Shown: positions 1 to 7,195 of the stretch, one piece after another
How the letters are laid out: every line of letters starts with the position of its first letter
Position numbering within the stretch: the first letter of the stretch is position 1
Assembly (NCBI GenBank): GCA_045119335.1
Contig: JBGVDJ010000022.1
Coordinates: 30,547-94,546, forward strand
Length of the DNA: 64,000 bases
From: Candidatus Choladousia sp.
Lineage (GTDB): Bacteria > Bacillota > Clostridia > Lachnospirales > Lachnospiraceae
Direction of reading: 5' to 3'
Notes under the pieces: model-generated
Seen by the model: the letters and a program-made list of their open reading frames with translations, nothing else
Databases searched by the model: none
What the model was told of the DNA's origin: nothing
Translations under genes and position numbers: made by a program

Positions 1-55
1 TGCAGTCTTTTACATTCATCTGTTCGGGAATGATGATCATTCCTCTGTGACGAAA

Positions 56-226
56 TTATTCAGCTACGATTGCACTTGTCGGGCAAGCAGCTTCACATGT
101 ACCGCAATCCAGACATGCGTCTGCATCGATTACGTACTTTCCATCGCCTTCAGAAATAGCGTCTGCCGGGCACTCACCTGCGCATGTTCCGCAAGCTACA
201 CACTCATCAGTAATTACGTATGCCAT
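56..226 (-). CDS. fdx: 2[4Fe-4S] clostridial-type ferredoxin (56 aa)
   Basis: MAYVITDECVACGTCAGECP...CLDCGTCEAACP: two CxxCxxCxxxCP motifs; AGGAGGA RBS upstream of ATG at 226 (track ORF starts too far upstream). Confidence 0.95.
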   Translation of the reverse strand: MAYVITDECVACGTCAGECPADAISEGDGKYVIDADACLDCGTCEAACPTSAIVAE

Positions 227-454
227 AATAGTATCCTCCTTTATAAAATACAATAGGGCTCTCCACCGAACCTTTGTCTTATTTTAATACAAAACCATTG
301 AATGCACAAGCACAAATCATTTTTTTGTTGTGTATTTCTGTGGAAACACAGGAAAAAAAACTGTAAATCCGATTTTACGGGCGGGACGATGCCTTGCATA
401 ATGGGGCGAAACGTATTATAATGTACGGAGATTAAACAAAGGAGGGTATACCTG

Positions 455-667
455 ATGGCAGTTAAGATTACAAAGGACATGACAATCGGTGAAATTCTTC
501 ACCTGAATCAGAACCTTGCCGGAGTTCTGATGGCAGGCGGTATGCATTGTGTCGGATGTCCGTCTTCTCAGATGGAAACGCTGGAAGAGGCAGCAATGGT
601 TCACGGCATTGACCTGGATCTGCTTCTGACAAGACTGAATGCATTTCTGGAAGCACTGGAGAAATAA
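455..667 (+). CDS. DUF1858 domain protein (hybrid-cluster-associated redox disulfide domain)
   Basis: ITKDMTIGEIL...GMHCVGCPSSQMETLEEAAMVHGID pattern; GGAGG RBS. Confidence 0.85.
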   Translation: MAVKITKDMTIGEILHLNQNLAGVLMAGGMHCVGCPSSQMETLEEAAMVHGIDLDLLLTRLNAFLEALEK

Positions 668-692
668 AAACTGATATAAATAAAGCTGCGGT

Positions 693-731
693 GGCCTGCA
701 TTGGATGTTGAGTCTGATGCAGGCCGTTTTT
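693..731 (+). terminator. Intrinsic terminator hairpin between converging genes
   Basis: GGCCTGCAT...ATGCAGGCC followed by GTTTTT. Confidence 0.6.
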
Positions 732-850
732 GTCATTTGGAATAAGCTGGGAAAGAAATGTCCGGAGCTTTTTACTTTTTGATATGCTCCTTTTGGAGCA
801 GATTGTTGAAATAGTAAAAGCAGTTTGCTCAGACAGAAACTTTTGGAATT

Positions 851-2494
851 TTAAAGCTTGAAGAACGTTCCCAACAGATTTCGTCCCAGTGATGCCCCCA
901 CATTACCGCCCAGTTTCTTTCCGAAGCTTCCGCCGATGGACTTTCCGAGAGAATTGCCGAGCTCACGGCCGATGGTTCCTGCGGCAGAGGAGGCGACGTT
1001 TTTCACACCGGAGCGGATTGCTTTCTCTCGTTTTTCCGCTTCACGCTGCTGTTCTTTTGCCAGTCGTTCCGCTTCGCGCTGTCTTTCTTTTTGAAGTTTT
1101 GCGGCTTCCTTCGCCTGTTCTTTTTCAAGCTGTGCAGCTTCCCTTGCCTGCGCTTTTTCCAGGGCGACAGCTGCTTCACGCTGCTGTTCGGCTGCAAGAT
1201 TCTGCTGGCTTTTTCTTTGAAGAAATTCGTACGCAGAATCACGGTCTTCCATATTCTGATATTTCAGAGTCAGATTGTTTACGAGGATTTCCTGCTTTCG
1301 GTCAGCGTCGGAAATCGGTCCCATCAGGCTCTGAGGAGGGAGAATCCGGCAGCGCTGTACAATGCCCGGGATACCTTTTGCATCAAGCACCGATACGAGT
1401 GCTTCCCCGGTTCCGAGCTGCGTCAGAACCTCGCGCGTGTCAAAGGCGGGGTTGGTTCGGAATGAATTTGCTGCGGATCGGATTGCCTTTTCTTCTGCCG
1501 GTGTATATGCGCGCAGCGCGTGCTGAATTTTGTTGCCGAGCTGGCTCAGCACACCGTCCGGAATATCCTTCGGATTCTGAGTGATAAAGTAAATGCCTAC
1601 ACCCTTGGAACGGATCAGCTTAACGACCTGTTCAATTTTCTGTTGAAGTGCTTTGGAAATATCATTGAACAGCAGGTGAGCTTCGTCGAAAAAGAAGACC
1701 ATGCGGGGTCTTGGCTGATCACCGATTTCCGGCAGTGTTTCGAACAGCTCTGAGAGCATCCAGAGCAGGAAAGTGGCATACATGGTTCCGCTGGTGACGA
1801 GTGTACGGCAGTCAAGTATGTTGATGGTTCCGCTGCCATTTGCGCCTGTGGTGAACCAGTCTGCTATATTCAGCGCGGGTTCTGTGAAGAACTGCTCGCC
1901 TCCGGCTGCCTCCAGGGCAACAACATTGCGAAGAATGGCTCCAATACTCTGTCTGGCAATGTTGCCATATTCTGCAGTCAGTTCTTTGTTATTTTCCCCG
2001 ACATACTGCAGCATGGCCTTAAGATCTTTTGTATCAATGAGAAGAAGATCCTGATCATCCGCGATTTTGAAGATGACAGTCAGAAGGTCAGTCTGTGTGT
2101 TATTAAGATCCATGAGCCTGGAGAGAAGAACCGGGCCCATTTCAGAAATCGTTGTGCGAAGCGGAATACCGGTCTTACCGAAGATATCCCAGAATGCAGT
2201 GGGGTATTGCTGATAAGTGAATCCGCAGTCATTCAGTCCGAAAGCAGTTATACGCTCCTGCATATCGGTGCTGTCCTGCCCCGGCCGGCACATGCCGGCC
2301 AGATCACCTTTGACATCAGCGAGGAAGACTGGCACTCCTGCATCACTGAAGGATTCTGTGAGCACTTTGAGTGTGATGGTTTTTCCTGTGCCGGTTGCTC
2401 CGGCAATCAGTCCATGCCGGTTTGCCATTTCGGGCAGAATGCAGATCTTCTCGTCATCTGCGCTGCCGATCCAGATTTTGCCGTCGTAATACAT
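851..2494 (-). CDS. DUF853/YjgR family HerA-like ATPase
   Basis: RHGLIAGATGTGKT Walker A, FFFDEAH Walker B, YFITQNP, QHALRAYTP; start moved to MYYDG by GAAAGGAA RBS. Confidence 0.88.
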   Translation of the reverse strand: MYYDGKIWIGSADDEKICILPEMANRHGLIAGATGTGKTITLKVLTESFSDAGVPVFLADVKGDLAGMCRPGQDSTDMQERITAFGLNDCGFTYQQYPTAFWDIFGKTGIPLRTTISEMGPVLLSRLMDLNNTQTDLLTVIFKIADDQDLLLIDTKDLKAMLQYVGENNKELTAEYGNIARQSIGAILRNVVALEAAGGEQFFTEPALNIADWFTTGANGSGTINILDCRTLVTSGTMYATFLLWMLSELFETLPEIGDQPRPRMVFFFDEAHLLFNDISKALQQKIEQVVKLIRSKGVGIYFITQNPKDIPDGVLSQLGNKIQHALRAYTPAEEKAIRSAANSFRTNPAFDTREVLTQLGTGEALVSVLDAKGIPGIVQRCRILPPQSLMGPISDADRKQEILVNNLTLKYQNMEDRDSAYEFLQRKSQQNLAAEQQREAAVALEKAQAREAAQLEKEQAKEAAKLQKERQREAERLAKEQQREAEKREKAIRSGVKNVASSAAGTIGRELGNSLGKSIGGSFGKKLGGNVGASLGRNLLGTFFKL

Positions 2495-2820
2495 AGTAAT
2501 TATCATTCCTTTCTCAGGTACAGAGCTGCCTGCTTCTTTGAAACTTTTGCATCCGCAGCAGGAACAGCCTGTTCCACATTACTTTACTGTACATCAGCCA
2601 GGTACCTGTATCTGTACAAACAGGTGCGCTGCCACATTTCCTGACTCATTGTTTTACATGAAATAAACCTGATTTTATTATAGCGAATGCAGGGGAATGG
2701 AGCAAGCAGAGAAGGAAAAACGACAGGTACAAAAAGGTTGACGGTGGCAGAATACATGCTATTATTAAAACAAATATCTGCAAACGGCAGTAAAAATGAG
2801 TTTGGAAATGGAGCGGACAA

Positions 2821-3924
2821 ATGAATTTTGACGAAGTAAAAAAACTGATGGATCGTTCAGTAGAGAATGATCACGTTCCGTGTTCGGATATCGTGATAAC
2901 ACATGAGGGAAAGACTGTGTTCCGGTATATGAACGGGACGAGAGACGATGAAAAGAAACTTCCGGTCAGAGGAGATGAACTGTATTTCCTCTATTCAGCA
3001 TCGAAGCCGATTACATGCACGGCTGCACTGCAGCTGTATGAGAAAGGAAAAATCCGGCTGGAAGACAGGGTGGCAGACTATATTCCGGAGTTCGGGAACA
3101 TGATGGTAAAAACGGAAAACGGTGTGCGAAAGGCGGAGAAAGCAATCACATTAAAGAATCTTTTCACCATGACATCCGGTCTTAATTATGATCTGGCAAG
3201 TCCGGGGATTCTCGGGCAGATTCAGGAGAAGCCAGATTCCTCCACGCTGGAGATGGTGAGAAGCATGACAGGTGATCCGCTGGACTTTGAACCGGGCGAG
3301 CATTACCAGTACAGTCTCAGTCACGATGTGCTGGCAGCTGTCGTGGAAGTGGTGGCGGATATGCCGTTCGGAGATTACCTTCAGAAACATATTTTTGATG
3401 TGTGTGAGATGAATCGGACCGGATTTGTACTGAATGAAGAAATCAGGAAAAATATGTGCAGTCAATATACCTTTGACTGGGAGGAGCAGACCGCGAAGCT
3501 GATAGAAAAGGAAAATCAGTATATCCTGACTCCGGCTTACCAGAGCGGAGGGGCCGGTCTGATTTCCTGCGTGGATGATTATATTAAATTTGCGACAGCT
3601 ATGGCAAACGATGAGCGTCTGCTGAAGGCGGAGACGCGCGATCTGATGCGTGCGGATCACCTTTCCGGTCAGGCATATCTGGATTTCCAGAATTCAAAAC
3701 CCGGGTATTCCTACGGACTCGGTGTGCGGACGGATGCAGCGGGAAACTTTGCGGCTAAAGGAGAATTTGGATGGGATGGAGCTGCAGGAGCGTATACGCT
3801 GATAGATCCGGATAATCGCATTGCTGTCTTTTATGCAACACATATTCATTGTTATGGAGATTATCTTTATGACAGGTTCCATCCGGCAATTCGGGATGCA
3901 ATCTATCGGGGGATTTCAGGATGA
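2821..3924 (+). CDS. Serine hydrolase, beta-lactamase class C / family VIII esterase fold
   Basis: YSASKP (SxxK), FEPGEHYQYS, SGGAGL, EFGWDGAAG; no signal peptide. Confidence 0.88.
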   Translation: MNFDEVKKLMDRSVENDHVPCSDIVITHEGKTVFRYMNGTRDDEKKLPVRGDELYFLYSASKPITCTAALQLYEKGKIRLEDRVADYIPEFGNMMVKTENGVRKAEKAITLKNLFTMTSGLNYDLASPGILGQIQEKPDSSTLEMVRSMTGDPLDFEPGEHYQYSLSHDVLAAVVEVVADMPFGDYLQKHIFDVCEMNRTGFVLNEEIRKNMCSQYTFDWEEQTAKLIEKENQYILTPAYQSGGAGLISCVDDYIKFATAMANDERLLKAETRDLMRADHLSGQAYLDFQNSKPGYSYGLGVRTDAAGNFAAKGEFGWDGAAGAYTLIDPDNRIAVFYATHIHCYGDYLYDRFHPAIRDAIYRGISG

Positions 3925-3966
3925 TCATGTGTTTCGGAATGCTATGAGATCTAAACCAGGGTGACT

Positions 3967-4131
3967 GTATCTATAGAGAATTTTTGCTTGTTCAGATACT
4001 TTTTCAACTCATTTTGGGGTGATGAATCTCCGAAATTGAGCAAAAAAGTATCTATGAGAAAGAATTGCACTTACGGATACTGTTTTTTGCTGATTCTGGT
4101 ATCTATGGAACAGGTTTTTCTGTATGGATAC
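3967..4131. repeat. Three degenerate 33-bp palindromic units GTATC-N23-GATAC
   Basis: Units at 3967-3999, 4048-4080, 4099-4131, each GTATCTAT...GATAC with identical 23-nt inner spacing and imperfect stems. Confidence 0.75.
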
Positions 4132-4302
4132 TTTTCAGATTGTAAAATGGACCCTATAGAATGGATATCTTGAAAATCATTTTATACTCAAAAGTGCTGG
4201 CAAGAATTTTCCCTTGAAAAGAGAATCTGTGCAGGAAGTTTTTTGATATAGATATTAATGTTCATAAGTTCATCTGAATATTGAACTGGTTCATGTTTCG
4301 GC

Positions 4303-4396
4303 CGGGCGCGTTTGCGCCCGGTTTTCTGCATTATGCCTGTAACATGTGCAAGCCTGTGAATGGTTTGCGCCCGGTTTTCTGCGTCATGCCTGTAAC
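4303..4396 (+). repeat. GC-rich terminator-like hairpin plus partial direct duplication of its 3' arm
   Basis: CCGGGCGC-GTTT-GCGCCCGG-TTTT at 4303-4325; TTTGCGCCCGGTTTTCTGC.T.ATGCCTGTAAC at 4311-4343 and 4364-4396. Confidence 0.7.
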
Positions 4397-4661
4397 GTCA
4401 AAGCAGTGACTGTCATGCGGAGAATATTATAAACAGTCATGCAAAGACCGGACTTTTTTGCATATTGAGAACGGAACTGCCGGGTGGTTTTGAAAGTGGG
4501 GGACTCAGAAAGCTCCGGAAGATGTTCAGAAAATGAGATATTCTTTTTGATTAAGAAGCACAGGCATTCTGGTTCTGGTGTTCGGATGATTTCGAATTAA
4601 ATTCAACATTCCAGTGTATTCTAGTTTCGGATTATTCCTCAGGCATTTTTTAATCACAAAA

Positions 4662-4729
4662 AGAACATTTGTTTGAAAAACTGCTTGATTTCGTAATTAG
4701 ATGTGATATAATAACAGAACAAATGTTCG
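4662..4729 (+). promoter_or_regulatory. Sigma-A promoter flanked by two LexA/DinR (SOS) boxes
   Basis: TTGATT (4685-4690), 16 nt, TGaTATAAT (-10 at 4707-4712); AGAACAAATGTTCG (4716-4729) and AGAACATTTGTTTG (4662-4675) match Firmicute CGAAC-N4-GTTCG. Confidence 0.8.
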
Positions 4730-4839
4730 ACATGAGGCTTGAGATTTTCATCTGATAAGATGAAAAGGATATTTCCTATTGGAACGTTGAAATATTAGAA
4801 TGCTGAAGTGGAAAATACGACTGTGAAAGGACATGGCTC

Positions 4840-6165
4840 ATGAGGATTGCGAAGGAAATGGATTTGTATCAGAAACTGAATATTCTGACGGATGCAGCGA
4901 AATATGATGTGGCATGCACTTCCAGCGGGGTAGAACGGAGGGGGAGTGGTCACGGCATGGGAAACTGTACGGCAGCAGGTATCTGCCACAGTTTTTCAGC
5001 TGATGGCCGTTGTATTTCCCTGTTGAAGATCCTGTTCACGAATGAGTGTGTGTTTGACTGTAAATACTGCATCAATCGTGCTTCCAATGATGTGGAGCGT
5101 GCATCATTCACACCGGATGAGGTCTGCAGACTGACTATAGAATTTTATCGGCGCAATTATATAGAAGGATTATTTTTGAGCTCCGGTGTCCTGAAAACAC
5201 CGGCATATACGATGGAGCTGCTGTATCAGACGCTGTACAAGCTGCGTACGGAGTATCATTTTGAGGGATATATTCATGTAAAAGCGATTCCGGGAGCACC
5301 GCAGGATCTGATTACGAAGACGGGTTATCTGGCTGACCGTATGAGCGTGAATCTGGAGCTTCCGACAGCTGAGAGTCTGCGCAGGCTGGCTCCGCACAAG
5401 ACTCGGAAGCGTATTCTGGAGCCTATGCGTCAGGTACAGCTGCAGCGCCAGGAGAATAAGAATGAACTGGTTGTTTTCAAAAATGCACCGCAGTTCGTAC
5501 CGGGGGGTCAGAGCACACAGATGATCATCGGGGCGACACCGGAAAATGACTATCAGATTTTGGCGGTGGCGGAGTCTCTTTATCAGAAGTTTGAACTGAA
5601 ACGTGTTTTTTACTCTGCATTTGTTCAGGTGAATCAGGATGCCATGCTGCCGTCACTTCCGGGAGGCCCGCCTCTTCTGCGGGAACATCGCCTGTATCAG
5701 GCGGACTGGCTGCTGCGTTTTTATGGCTTTGGCGCACAGGAGCTGCTCAGTGAGAGTCATCCTAATTTTAATGTATTTCTGGACCCGAAATGTGACTGGG
5801 CGCTGTCACATCTGGAACAGTTTCCGGTGGAGGTCAGCAAAGCGGATTATTATACGCTGCTGCGTGTGCCGGGAATCGGACCGAAGTCAGCCCAGCGGAT
5901 TCTGAAGGTGCGCAGAACCGGAAGCCTGGATTATACATCCCTTCGGAAGGCAGGCGTGGTTCTGAAACGGGCTGTTTATTTTATTACCTGTAACGGGAAG
6001 CAGATGTACCCGTTGAAGATAGAGGAGGATTTTATTTTGCGCAATCTCTTGCAGAGTACAGACTGGAGACCGGCGGAGACCTTGACTTACAGGCAGCTGT
6101 CTCTGTTTGATGACGGACAGATTCTGGGAGATGTTCCGAAGCCTCTGTTACAGGCGGGAGTATAG
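4840..6165 (+). CDS. Putative DNA modification/repair radical SAM protein (TIGR03916-like) with helix-hairpin-helix motif
   Basis: GICHSFSADGRCISLLK, NECVFDCKYC (CxxxCxxC), REHRLYQADWLLRFYGF, LLRVPGIGPKSA (HhH), C-terminal QLSLF. Confidence 0.92.
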   Translation: MRIAKEMDLYQKLNILTDAAKYDVACTSSGVERRGSGHGMGNCTAAGICHSFSADGRCISLLKILFTNECVFDCKYCINRASNDVERASFTPDEVCRLTIEFYRRNYIEGLFLSSGVLKTPAYTMELLYQTLYKLRTEYHFEGYIHVKAIPGAPQDLITKTGYLADRMSVNLELPTAESLRRLAPHKTRKRILEPMRQVQLQRQENKNELVVFKNAPQFVPGGQSTQMIIGATPENDYQILAVAESLYQKFELKRVFYSAFVQVNQDAMLPSLPGGPPLLREHRLYQADWLLRFYGFGAQELLSESHPNFNVFLDPKCDWALSHLEQFPVEVSKADYYTLLRVPGIGPKSAQRILKVRRTGSLDYTSLRKAGVVLKRAVYFITCNGKQMYPLKIEEDFILRNLLQSTDWRPAETLTYRQLSLFDDGQILGDVPKPLLQAGV

Positions 6166-6191
6166 TACAGGATTGGGGGTATAGAGAGAAG

Positions 6192-6992
6192 ATGATACTG
6201 TTTCAGTGTGAAGACAATGTAGACGGAATATTTACGGCAGTGTATGATGCATGGGCCAGCAGACTTGGTCACAGTAATGTGGGGATCCGTGTGCAGTCGC
6301 AGATGGATCTGGAACTTTTTGCGGAATACCGGTCGGTGGAGACTGATGCAGAAAAAGCGGAAAAAGTGGCCCGTTCCATTCGCAAAAAGATGGGAGAGGA
6401 TGCGTACCAGACAATTTATCAGGCTGCACTTTCAAGGTATGCGGAAAAGACGGATTGTATTTATCGCGTTGTTGTACGCGGAATGTCCGCGTCCGTGGCA
6501 GCCTGTGAAGCCAGGAAAGTGATCTGGAACCTGCAGGATGCTGATGTATGCCGACTTTTTGAATTGTCACGAAGAACCGGGTCGGAGACCCATCGATATA
6601 TACAGTTTGTGCGCTTCAGGGAGCTGGAGAGCGGTGTGATGTTTTCGGAGATACAGCCGGAAAATTATGTCCTGCCGCTGATCGGCGATCACTTTGCAGA
6701 CCGCTTTCCCAATGGAAATTTTATGATTTATGACAACACGCATAATGACTGCCTGATTCATGGCGGATCCAGGCCGTGGTTCATTCTCCGGGATACACAG
6801 CCGGATCCGGCAGTGAAGGATTGTCTGACCGATAAAGAGGCAGAGATGCAGCGGCTGTGGAGAGGATTCTGTGACAGCATTGCGATTGAGGCACGAAGAA
6901 ATCAGCGGCTGCAGATGCAGTTCTGGCCATTGAAGTTCCGGAAATGGATGACGGAAGGACAGATGGAAGATCCGACGGAAGAAGCAGGGTGA
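6192..6992 (+). CDS. DUF4130 / TIGR03915-like putative DNA metabolism protein
   Basis: DGIFTAVYDAW, YIQFVRFREL, HFADRFP, LWRGFCDSIAIEARRN..LQMQFWPLKFRKWM; known partner family of the upstream radical SAM. Confidence 0.88.
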   Translation: MILFQCEDNVDGIFTAVYDAWASRLGHSNVGIRVQSQMDLELFAEYRSVETDAEKAEKVARSIRKKMGEDAYQTIYQAALSRYAEKTDCIYRVVVRGMSASVAACEARKVIWNLQDADVCRLFELSRRTGSETHRYIQFVRFRELESGVMFSEIQPENYVLPLIGDHFADRFPNGNFMIYDNTHNDCLIHGGSRPWFILRDTQPDPAVKDCLTDKEAEMQRLWRGFCDSIAIEARRNQRLQMQFWPLKFRKWMTEGQMEDPTEEAG

Positions 6993-7195
6993 CTGGAAAT
7001 AGAACAGGATAAAACAAAAGTTGAAATTCGGTTTTAACAGAATGGAACATCTTCTGTATCTGAAAGGTGATCTGTGTTATGATAGAGTGCAGGTAGACTG
7101 TGGGGAAGAAGCAGGCGGCAGCATATTTTTACCGCGCATCCGCAGGACAATGACATGTTGCTTCATAAGTAAGTGGAGCAGAAGGCAGGACAGAT

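Noticed and set aside
2821-3924. Bona fide beta-lactam resistance gene
   Set aside because: No signal peptide, and the motifs fit cytoplasmic family VIII esterases; the fold alone does not show resistance.
3961-4173. 70-aa ORF over the palindromic repeats
   Set aside because: GTG start without an RBS, atypical composition, and it coincides with non-coding repeats.
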